The notes under the pieces: generated by a model | The model's input: the letters and a program-made list of their open reading frames with translations, nothing else | Told to the model about the DNA's origin: nothing | The model's database searches: none | In this document: one piece after another, positions 48,105-56,498 of the stretch | How the letters are laid out: each line of letters begins with the position of its first letter | How positions within the stretch are numbered: the first letter of the stretch is position 1 | IMG/VR virus record: IMGVR_UViG_3300047444_000198 | Coordinates: 1 to 64,000 of that record | Strand: one strand, 5' to 3' | Length of the DNA: 64,000 nucleotides | Source: a virus | Translations under genes and position numbers: made by a program

Positions 48105-49358
48105 TCATGAAGGCCACGCTTTCGTAAAGATGTTCTGCTTCATGTCCCGGTAGATCTGGTACTTGGTACCACTTGTGGCCTGCCACCCAAAGCTGTCCTC
48201 TCGACCGTCGCCGGTCTTGCGGTCGATGGCACAGAACCAGAAGAACGGGCCGAGACGGTTGGCGTACTGGTTGAGGCAGCCACCGGGGAGGTAGGCGTTG
48301 AGCGCATCCTGAGCCCGCTGTGACTGCGTGGCCTGATTGCCACCCACGGCGCTACGGGGACAACCGGTCTCGGTGGTCCACAAGCTCACGCCCCGCCCTG
48401 GTGCGTACTTGTCGATGATGGCGAGCGCCGCCGCCACTGCCTTGGGTGACCATGACGGCCAGTTACCCACGTCCTTGCACGCCGTGTCGGTGTCCAAGTA
48501 CGGGTGCCAACCGACAGCATCGCAGGCCGAGAACAGACCTTTCTGGCCGTAGCTCTCGATGGTGGACAACGCGCCACACCCTGGCGGGGACGGCTGGCCG
48601 GTGGACTGGAACACCGTGTCGGCCGTGGACAGGCCTCCGCTCACGACGATCATCTGAGGCACTGACGCCTTGATCGCCGGGTAGGCAGCCTTCATCATGC
48701 GCGTGTACTTGCCTCGGTAGGCGTCATCCGTGGACGGCTGGCCGGTCCAGAAGCCGGAGAGATTCTGCTCGTTCCACAACTCGATGGCGGTCACGCCCAT
48801 GTTCCACAGGTGCCCCGCCGCCTTGCTGCACCAGTCGGCATAGTCCCCGTCGTTGGTGGGCGGGTTCTTGTCGTTGGACGCCCCGTTCATCCATTGAGGC
48901 AACATGTACAGAATCGGTAGAGGCTTGATTCCGCGGGTCAGGGCCACTTGGACCCAGCGGTCAGTGTCGGCCCAGTTGTAGACGCCCTTCTGCGGGGACA
49001 CCTGGCGCACCGGGTAGTCACCACGCCACCAGCCCGCGCCGACGTCCTTGATTATGTCGCCCTGTTGGGCCAGGAAGTCAGACGGCACGCCCTGCACCTG
49101 CTCTAGCGGCATGGAGAACGCGCCATAGCGCTGGCCGAGAGTCTGTGTGGTCGTGGGCGGCTGGATCGGGGGCTGGATGGGCGGCTCAACCGGGGGTGTG
49201 ACGGGCGGCTTGTACGCCGCTAGGGCGTCAGCGTCGGCATTGATCGCCGCCGCTGCGTTGTTGACGTTGGTCGCCTGTTGAGTCAGGGCGGTGCCGACGT
49301 TGGTTAGGGCGGTGGCCTGCTTACGCAGGTCATCGATGACTGGTTGCAGGTCACTCAT
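48105..49358 (-). CDS. Clan GH-A glycoside hydrolase (GH5/GH39-like) with N-terminal coiled coil and Pro linker
   Basis: IELWNEQN (acid/base), DAVGWHPY, LWTTETG (nucleophile), GVYNW..D. Confidence 0.82.
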   Translation of the reverse strand: MSDLQPVIDDLRKQATALTNVGTALTQQATNVNNAAAAINADADALAAYKPPVTPPVEPPIQPPIQPPTTTQTLGQRYGAFSMPLEQVQGVPSDFLAQQGDIIKDVGAGWWRGDYPVRQVSPQKGVYNWADTDRWVQVALTRGIKPLPILYMLPQWMNGASNDKNPPTNDGDYADWCSKAAGHLWNMGVTAIELWNEQNLSGFWTGQPSTDDAYRGKYTRMMKAAYPAIKASVPQMIVVSGGLSTADTVFQSTGQPSPPGCGALSTIESYGQKGLFSACDAVGWHPYLDTDTACKDVGNWPSWSPKAVAAALAIIDKYAPGRGVSLWTTETGCPRSAVGGNQATQSQRAQDALNAYLPGGCLNQYANRLGPFFWFCAIDRKTGDGREDSFGWQATSGTKYQIYRDMKQNIFTKAWPS

Positions 49359-49384
49359 GCAACCGAACCGTAACACGTCACCAC

Positions 49385-51077
49385 TTACCCCTCAGCGACC
49401 AGCCGTTCAGCCTCCACGAACAGATCCAGGTCGAAGATGCGTACCAGGTGGAAGGCCCGACACAGGTCGCCGCCGTCCTCGTCAACGATGATCCGGTTGT
49501 GATCGCCCTTGACCATGGCATCGATGGCGTCGCGGCAGTCCGGGATGGCGTTGGGGCACTCCATCGCCCACGTCATCCACCACGTGAGCGCATGCTCGGT
49601 GCCCTTGAACAGGATCATCTCGGGCAGGAGTTGAGCCAGCGGGTGTTCAGTCATCCGTCCAGCCTCTTGCACGTGGCGCATTCCGGAGCATCTGATGCGG
49701 TGCCCTTCCACGTGGAGTACGTGATGAGCACGCCACACAGGGTCAGTTCAGCACCACCAGGGATACCACGGACGTGGTGAGCGGCGACGTGCTGCTCAGT
49801 TGCCAGGCCCTCGGCATTGACCGAGACGTCGGGGTAGTTGACCGTAGTCATGACGTCAGGTAGTTCACGACGATGTTGCGGGCGTCGGGCCACTCGATCT
49901 CGACCTGCTCGGCGTAGACAGCAGCCGTGATCTCATCGGAGAAGGGCACCGAGAAGTGCTCAGGCCCAGCGAAGTGCGGACCATCGATGGAGAAGGTGAC
50001 GGAGTGGGTGGGAGGCATGGTCTCAGTCTACTCCCTCTGTTGAGTCATCACCATGGGTCATTCGGCCCTCCGTGGTCTGCGCGCCATACCTCGTAACGAG
50101 CCTTGACGATCACCAGGACTGTCAGTGTCAGTGCACTCAACAGCGCGATGCGCTTCATATCGTGCCCCTGAGCATCACACTCTTGACCGTGACCGTTATC
50201 TCGGGACTCAGATCTTCGGCCTCAGCAGCGATGGCCTCGGCCAGAGTGTTGATGTTGAGCGTCGGCTCGTCAGGATTGGGCGGCTCGTGATGCACCACCC
50301 GCAGCGTCACCTCGTACTCGTAATCGTGCGCCTTCATGCGTACGGGCCGCTCGGATTGTACGGGCGCACCGTCACGTCACCAGGCTTGTCCCACACCACG
50401 GTCCCTGATTCCAGGTCCAGGATGTACGGGGCATTGTCCCACGTGGGCGACTCCATCCAGTCGGTGAGCCGCAGAGCATCGTCAGGCGCGAAGCCCTGAC
50501 GCTCCATGGTGCGGCGAAGGGACGCCCGCCGCCATGCCTTACGAAACGTCTGACGCTTGCCCATGCTCTGTCCCTCTCGTCTCTTTGACCCACCCTGCCC
50601 ACCAGGACAGAGCATCGTACAGGTTCGGTACCTCGGGGAAAGTCTCGGGGTGACCGAACCAGGTGGAGCGGACCACGCTATTGCCGTGCACGTCGTAGCC
50701 CTTGAAGATGGCGACGTAGTCACTGGTCGTGACCGTCTTGGCCCGGTGGAACAGCGACCGGCGCACGTCCACCAGCCACGCGTACTCGTAGTCGAAGTCA
50801 GCGAACGCCTGTACCCACATCCACGTGGTGTCGTCCACTCGGGTGCCCTCGGCCGGTTGCACGGCAGCCAGCTTGTTCAGGATGCCCGCTAGCTCGTCGT
50901 TCACCAGATCGGTGCCGTGGATGGCCCGACGTTGGGCCGCAGTAGCAGTCATCACCGCCCCAATCTAAAGACGGTGATGACGAGAGCGAGCAGAGAGACC
51001 GGACGGACCCGCCGCTGCTCACGGTACCGGAGCGCTCGGGGCTGCTTCCGCAGCCGCATGGGAGGCATGGGGAGCAT
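49385..51077 (-). other. Small hypothetical CDSs (49385-49654, 49651-49851, 49848-50018, 50155-50337, 50334-50564, 50539-50952)
   Basis: Mostly coupled start/stop overlaps; 49848-50018 starts leaderless. Confidence 0.55.
50025..50068 (-). promoter_or_regulatory. Promoter cassette P17
   Basis: Dyad, GATGACTCAAC, TAGACT, 6 nt, ATG. Confidence 0.8.
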
Positions 51078-51880
51078 CAGACGGCCACCTTCCCCTTGTT
51101 GGCGTTGATGGACGCCATGAGGTCGGACAGGAGGTCAGGACCGGACGGCTGTGCGTCAAGGACCACCGCAGGCTCGACACCCGCCGCCTTGTTGTCCACG
51201 TAGGTCTGGATGGCCTGCGACGTGGTATCGACCAGTACCGGGGCGCTCACGCCCACGCTCTCGATCAGCGCCAGAGCAAGGTCGCTCTCCTGCTTGCTCA
51301 CGGTCGCCGTGGGCAGATCGATGGGCTGGCGGATGGCGTCGGCCGTGACCACGTACCGGAGGTCCCCGGCGCAGTCCAGGATGGCGTACCGGGCCGGTCC
51401 CCGCATGGCGAGCTTCACCAGCGCGACCACCTTGCGCTCCTTCATGGCAGCGAGCAACAGCGTCAGCGCCTTGACACCGGACGGGTCCGACTTGCCCTTC
51501 ACCCGGCGTGGCCTGATCTGGTACAGGCCTTCCGTGAGGTACTGGCCCAGGTTGCGGGTCTGGATGAACGTCTCGATGACGGCGATGCCCTTCGGCATGG
51601 TTGCGTCAACGATCTCGTCGTCGTCCAGCGTCACCCACGCACCGGACGTTGCCTCAGCACGGCGCACCACGTCAGCGCGATCGATGATGACACCGGTCGT
51701 CTTGTTGGTGAGCGCACGGCCCACCGGCTGCCAGGCGCCCTCAGCGTCCTTGGTGAACTCCTTGCGGGCGATCCGCACTTCCTCGGTGCCGGTGTAGGCC
51801 GAGACCGGAATGTTGAGCAGACCCCAGGAGATGGTGAAGGAGGTTGTGGCCCGGTTGGGAGTGGGGGCGATTGCTTTCAT
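51077..51880 (-). CDS. ku: Ku-like DNA end-binding protein
   Basis: ISWGLLNIPVSAYT.TEE N-terminal motif; LL.AM......ALVKLAMR; DL...LMAS C-terminus. Confidence 0.88.
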   Translation of the reverse strand: MKAIAPTPNRATTSFTISWGLLNIPVSAYTGTEEVRIARKEFTKDAEGAWQPVGRALTNKTTGVIIDRADVVRRAEATSGAWVTLDDDEIVDATMPKGIAVIETFIQTRNLGQYLTEGLYQIRPRRVKGKSDPSGVKALTLLLAAMKERKVVALVKLAMRGPARYAILDCAGDLRYVVTADAIRQPIDLPTATVSKQESDLALALIESVGVSAPVLVDTTSQAIQTYVDNKAAGVEPAVVLDAQPSGPDLLSDLMASINANKGKVAV

Positions 51881-51886
51881 GTCTCT

Positions 51887-51930
51887 ATTCTACTCTTTCC
51901 GTTCCTTGTACGTATGGGCCGTTCGTACCA
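51887..51930 (-). promoter_or_regulatory. Promoter cassette P18 (Ku)
   Basis: TGGTAC-GAAC-GGCCCA, TAGAAT, 6 nt, ATG; no palindrome. Confidence 0.7.
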
Positions 51931-51944
51931 TTTGGTACCGCCCC

Positions 51945-52991
51945 TCACCCGAATGGTGAGGGGCTGTCGGCGAAGTTGTCGCCAGAGCCAGTGAGCGGGT
52001 GCCGGTTGTCGGCAGCGTTCGCGATCAGGCCCTTGAACGACCGGGACTCGACAATCTCATCGAACACCAGTTTCTCGTCGGCCGTGAACATGGAGCGCAG
52101 GACGAACAGCGCCATGTCAACGCCATCCTCGATCACGTCTGAGCAGACCCGCATGAGCGCGCTGGTACCAACTGGCGTCCGGATATGGCCGGTGGCCCTC
52201 GCCTGGCGCAGAGCGTCACCCAGCGTGCGAACCGCATCGTTAGGGATCAGCCGGTGCTCGACCGTGGGATCGTAGGCCCATTCCAGGTGCCGGAACCGGT
52301 TGGCGAAGGCCTCATTCAGCGCACCCGCGCCCCGGTAGTTGGGGTTCATGGTGCCGACGATCCACAGGTCGGGACTGATGTGCACGGTCTCAGGCATGAA
52401 GCCGTCGCCGGGGACCTTGACGGCCTTGGCCCGGTTGGTGAACGAACGCCGCCAGTCGGCCATGGGATGCAGGGAGGACGTGACCCGCTCCGGCATCATG
52501 TTCACTTCGTCCAGGTAGAAGATGCCGCCGATCCTGGCAGCCATGTCAGCGATGCCGGGGAGCCAGACGATCTGCTCCTGGCCGGTCTCGGGATTGGTCC
52601 AGGCCGTGGGTTGACCGAACATGTCGAAGTCGGTGATGCCGTTGCTGGCCGAGAGGGTGAACACCGGGACCGGGAGCACCTTGCCATCACGGTTCAGGCC
52701 CATGGCCTCCCCGATGTGGATGGCGAGGACGTTGACGAGCATCGTCTTGCCACCCTGCGTGTCGCCCACCAGCAGGACGTTCTCCCGGCTGGCCCACTTC
52801 GCCAACAGGTACTCGACGTCAGTCTTGCCATTGGGCAGCTTGCGACTCACGTACTCCTGCACCAGCGCCGGATCGGGCCGGAACATGTCGAGACGAGGGT
52901 CATCGATGGTCAGCGCGACCGATTCCTCGTGCGTCACCGTCAGGTGGCGGGGAGCGGTGCGCTTCATCACTTTGGTGGGCTGCTCGGTCAC
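51945..52991 (-). CDS. MoxR/CobS-like AAA+ ATPase
   Basis: Walker A GDTQGGKT, Walker B FYLDEVN, TMNPNYRG..LNEAFANRF. Confidence 0.9.
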   Translation of the reverse strand: MTEQPTKVMKRTAPRHLTVTHEESVALTIDDPRLDMFRPDPALVQEYVSRKLPNGKTDVEYLLAKWASRENVLLVGDTQGGKTMLVNVLAIHIGEAMGLNRDGKVLPVPVFTLSASNGITDFDMFGQPTAWTNPETGQEQIVWLPGIADMAARIGGIFYLDEVNMMPERVTSSLHPMADWRRSFTNRAKAVKVPGDGFMPETVHISPDLWIVGTMNPNYRGAGALNEAFANRFRHLEWAYDPTVEHRLIPNDAVRTLGDALRQARATGHIRTPVGTSALMRVCSDVIEDGVDMALFVLRSMFTADEKLVFDEIVESRSFKGLIANAADNRHPLTGSGDNFADSPSPFG

Positions 52992-53021
52992 TGTCGTCCT
53001 CTCGTCTCAGGTTCGATGCCC

Positions 53022-53164
53022 ATTCTAGCAAGGTCCCGTACCAGGTGCATGGGCCGAAAGCACCATTCTGTTGACTCACTACTCTCTCACGTGTTGACTC
53101 ACCCACCACCAGAGCCGAAATAGGTCTCCCGGCCCATGTAGTGGGTACGGTACCCTGCTAGACT
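53022..53164. promoter_or_regulatory. Divergent promoter pair P19/P20 (AAA and vWA)
   Basis: GGCCCAT...TAGAAT on minus and GGCCCAT...TAGACT, 7 nt, ATG on plus; two GTTGACTCAC sites between them (53070, 53093). Confidence 0.75.
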
Positions 53165-53171
53165 GGTGCTC

Positions 53172-55160
53172 ATGACCGAACCAGACGCCACCCGCACGCT
53201 GCGGGACGTGAGGCGGCAGCAGGCCAGTGAGCGCCGCCGCCTGAAAGAACAGCAGCAGCGGACCCGAGAGCGGATGGATGCCGTCTCGGACAAGATGAGC
53301 ACTGAACAGGCTGAGCGCATCCGCCGCCACAACGCCGTGGTAACGGGCATGGTGCCCCGCATCACCGGGGCCGTGGACTCGTGGGCAGGCAAGCGCGTGC
53401 CCATGAACGTCCAGCACCCGGCCAGCCGGTTCTTCGCCGCTACGGACTTTGAGCGCATCACGCTCATGATCCCCGAGACCGAGACCATCGACCTGGACTT
53501 TGCGGCTGACCTGCGTGGACTGGCGTATCACGAGGCCGGACACATCTTGAAGTCGGTCCCCTTCGCCACGCTGGTCAACGCCGTCATGCCTCTCGATGAG
53601 AACGTGGCGAGCCACAGCAACCGCATGCGGAGCCTTTCCAAGATGGTCGATCTGGACCAGGACAAGCTCCACCAGGCGTGGAACGTGCTGGAAGATCAGC
53701 GCATGGAGTCGGCCATGGTGCGGGAGAGCACCAACCTCGGCCGGTACTACAACGTGATCGTCTTGGAGCACGTGCTGCACGGCGGGGTGTCTGACATTGC
53801 CTACATGTGGGTCTACGGGCGCAAGCACGTGGATGCCGACGTGCGGGCGGCGGCTCGCGCCGCCATGGTCGTCCAAGAGGGTGAGGCAACGGTCCAAGCC
53901 GCTGAGCGCCTGATCGACACGTACAAGCAGTCCAACGACCCGCTCGTCATGTGGGAGTCGGTCGTCAAGTTCGGTCAACTCATCGGGCACTGCTCGAATG
54001 GCGGCGACCTGGGCAACGGGGCCATGGATGACCATGAGGAAGCCCGCAACCCCGAACCCAAGCCGTTCGACCTTGATGAGTCAACGGAGCCGTCACCAGA
54101 GCCAGACAGTGAAGGCGAGTGCGACGGCGACGGCGGTGACGGTGAAGATGAGGAAGGCACCGGAGCGCCCGGTGGCGACGGTGACGACAACGACAGTGAG
54201 GATGACGCTGAGGGTCAAGAGGGTGGTGACACCGCTGACCGCCAGGCTCACGGCGATCCCGATGCCTTCCAAAGCGACACCGGAGCGTCCAAGAGCGTCA
54301 ACGATGCCGATTGGAGCCGCCGCCTGGTGACTGACGCTCTCAACAAGGCGAGGGAGTCGCGCAACCGGGACGGGAACGTGCTGGGTGACGTCAAGGCGTA
54401 CAACCAAGCCGTGTCCGAGGGCCGGGGGAAACTCCCGGTGGCACGCATCCCCTACACCGTAGAGCCTGACGCCATGGTGACCAGCCAGGCCGTCAAGCTG
54501 AATCAGGCTCTCCGCAACCTCATGGAGCAGGCGCGTGCTGAGTCATCGCCCACGTGGCAGACGCAGCAGCGGGCGGGCGTGCTCGACGTGCGGGCGTACA
54601 TCACCCGCCAGCCTGGCGAGATGGAGTTCTACAAGCGCTACGCCGAGGGCGGCGACATGCACCTGCCGAACATGGCGGTGAGCCTGTTGCTTGACGGGTC
54701 ATCCTCCATGGATCACCAGGCCCAGCGCCTAGCCATCGCCGCGTTCGGCGTGAAGTCGGCCTGTGACGTGGTGGGCGTGCCCTGCACCGTCACGGTCTAC
54801 GACACCGATGCGTACCTGTTGTGGGATGACGAGGATCGTCCGATGGACGTGCCGTACAACATCCTCCCCAGCGGTGGTACCGATCCGAAGCGGGTGCTCG
54901 ACCTGCTCGACATGCAGAAGTGCGACAAGGCCAACCACCTGGTCATCATCATGACTGACGGTGCCTGGTCACACCAGTGGCAGACGTCGCTCTCGCTGGC
55001 GCACTACGCCGCCGCCGACCGGGACATGGTCCTGTTCTACCTGGACTGTGACCCGGCGTACGGGCCGCAGGGCACCGACACGTGCTCGCTGGTGCAGCGC
55101 ATCGATGACCTACAGGAGATTCCCCGGTTCCTGATGCGCTACCTCGTACGGGCGATGTAA
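53172..55160 (+). CDS. CobT-like protein: HExxH N-domain, acidic linker and vWA domain
   Basis: YHEAGH, NVLEDQRME, D/E/G linker, MIDAS LLDGSSSM...GGT...MTDG; leaderless ATG 53172. Confidence 0.85.
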   Translation: MTEPDATRTLRDVRRQQASERRRLKEQQQRTRERMDAVSDKMSTEQAERIRRHNAVVTGMVPRITGAVDSWAGKRVPMNVQHPASRFFAATDFERITLMIPETETIDLDFAADLRGLAYHEAGHILKSVPFATLVNAVMPLDENVASHSNRMRSLSKMVDLDQDKLHQAWNVLEDQRMESAMVRESTNLGRYYNVIVLEHVLHGGVSDIAYMWVYGRKHVDADVRAAARAAMVVQEGEATVQAAERLIDTYKQSNDPLVMWESVVKFGQLIGHCSNGGDLGNGAMDDHEEARNPEPKPFDLDESTEPSPEPDSEGECDGDGGDGEDEEGTGAPGGDGDDNDSEDDAEGQEGGDTADRQAHGDPDAFQSDTGASKSVNDADWSRRLVTDALNKARESRNRDGNVLGDVKAYNQAVSEGRGKLPVARIPYTVEPDAMVTSQAVKLNQALRNLMEQARAESSPTWQTQQRAGVLDVRAYITRQPGEMEFYKRYAEGGDMHLPNMAVSLLLDGSSSMDHQAQRLAIAAFGVKSACDVVGVPCTVTVYDTDAYLLWDDEDRPMDVPYNILPSGGTDPKRVLDLLDMQKCDKANHLVIIMTDGAWSHQWQTSLSLAHYAAADRDMVLFYLDCDPAYGPQGTDTCSLVQRIDDLQEIPRFLMRYLVRAM

Positions 55161-55197
55161 TCGTGACTCAACACCCACTGACACTGACAGGCAGGCC

Positions 55198-55611
55198 ATG
55201 AACAGCGACACGGCAGGACTCATCCTCAACGTCTACCTCATCATGCGGCGGCACCAACGGGTACTAGCCGCTACCGGGGACAACCGTCTGGCGAACAAGG
55301 CCGCATGGCACACCTACGGGCTGATCTGGCTAGCCGGGTGGGCGTTCATCGCCCCTCTCGGCTGCCTGTTCCTGGCCCTGTTCTCACCGGGCTTCCTGGT
55401 GGCCGCAGGCATCCTCGCGCTGCTCATCCCGGTCTGGTTCTACGCCTGGTCGGCTGATCGTCGCTGGGAGGCCACGCTGAGTGCTCAGGCCATCGAACCG
55501 CCGCCGATCCCTGAGCAGTACCCCATGAGTGCCCCTGAGCGCACCATCACCCAGCCGGTGCTCACGGCGTTCTACCGGCCACCGGCCAAGCAGATCAGGT
55601 CGGCTCGATGA
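55198..55611 (+). CDS. Membrane protein
   Basis: Two hydrophobic segments. Confidence 0.6.
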   Translation: MNSDTAGLILNVYLIMRRHQRVLAATGDNRLANKAAWHTYGLIWLAGWAFIAPLGCLFLALFSPGFLVAAGILALLIPVWFYAWSADRRWEATLSAQAIEPPPIPEQYPMSAPERTITQPVLTAFYRPPAKQIRSAR

Positions 55612-55661
55612 GCCGAATGGCTCTGTCGTGACTCACCAGGAGCCGTGTATACTGAGTCAAC
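55609..55661 (+). promoter_or_regulatory. Promoter cassette P21
   Basis: TGAGCC-GAAT-GGCTCT, GTGACTCACC, TATACT, and a second TGAGTCAAC over the predicted start site. Confidence 0.75.
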
Positions 55662-55697
55662 ACAGAACCTCTAGGACAGGATGGAGCACAAGACGAG

Positions 55698-56111
55698 ATG
55701 GCAACGATTCTCAGATCGTATGACTGGTCACAGGTCAGCCGAGCCAACAAGCGGGCCAGGAGCCGGAGCTACCCCTGGGATGACTGGTTCGATGGCCGCA
55801 TCTGGCAGCTAGAGCCGAGGGTGGACTTCGATGGTCCTGCCGTCAGCTTGGAGCGGGTCATCCGGACATCGGCCAACCGTCGCGGTATCAAGGTCCGCAT
55901 CCGCATCGATGGCGACGTCGTCGTCGTGCAGCGCCATGAGGACGGCGATCCCTTCCGGACGATCACCAAGTCCCCGAGCTTGAAGTCGATCAAGGCGGCG
56001 AAGGAGGCCGAGACGAACGGCCACAAGCCCGAGCCGGTCAAGGTCTCGGCCACGAAGAAGGTCGCTCCCGCCACGCCTCGTAAGCGCGTGTTGAAGCGCG
56101 TGAGCGTCTAG
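55698..56111 (+). CDS. Putative DNA-binding protein with basic tail
   Basis: YPWDDWFDG..W.L...DF motif; K/R-rich C-terminus. Confidence 0.6.
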   Translation: MATILRSYDWSQVSRANKRARSRSYPWDDWFDGRIWQLEPRVDFDGPAVSLERVIRTSANRRGIKVRIRIDGDVVVVQRHEDGDPFRTITKSPSLKSIKAAKEAETNGHKPEPVKVSATKKVAPATPRKRVLKRVSV

Positions 56112-56146
56112 TACCACCCAGCCTCCCCTAGTAAGAGGGGGCGTGT

Positions 56147-56257
56147 AGAAGCCAGGAACCCGCAACCGCATTTGACCCGAAGCACCGCCCACCGGACTCA
56201 CAGAGTCCAGGGCACCGCTGGCAGGCACAACCGGGCGCGTAAGTGTTCCTGGCTTCT
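56147..56257. ncRNA. Candidate structured RNA
   Basis: 13-bp perfect closing stem AGAAGCCAGGAAC/GTTCCTGGCTTCT; internal GGACTC-aca-GAGTCC hairpin; intergenic. Confidence 0.45.
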
Positions 56258-56393
56258 TGCGTTGTCAGTGTCAGTGCGTGCTATGGTCCCGTACCAGGTG
56301 CAAGGGCTGTCCGATCCCTCCACCAAGGGTCGTGCTCCCCAGCTAAGGACTACCGCCAGTCCGAGACGGCCCTTGCACCTGCAAGAGTGGAGC

Positions 56394-56453
56394 GTTGAGT
56401 CAACAAGATGGGCCGAATGGCCCATGTCAGGGTGGTACCACCGGGTGTATACT
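56394..56453 (+). promoter_or_regulatory. Promoter cassette P22 (DUF3987)
   Basis: GTTGAGTCAAC, TGGGCC-GAAT-GGCCCA, TATACT. Confidence 0.75.
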
Positions 56454-56498
56454 GGTCCTTGAACCTGAGGAAACCATCCCCACTGAAAGGGCCAGCAC

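Noticed and set aside
51945-55160. Cobalamin biosynthesis (cobS/cobT) as auxiliary metabolic genes
   Set aside because: There is no cobN or other pathway gene; these look like generic phage MoxR-type AAA/vWA proteins.
37042-56404. TGA(C/G)TCA equals the eukaryotic AP-1/GCN4 site
   Set aside because: No bZIP protein is recognisable, so the match is treated as coincidence.
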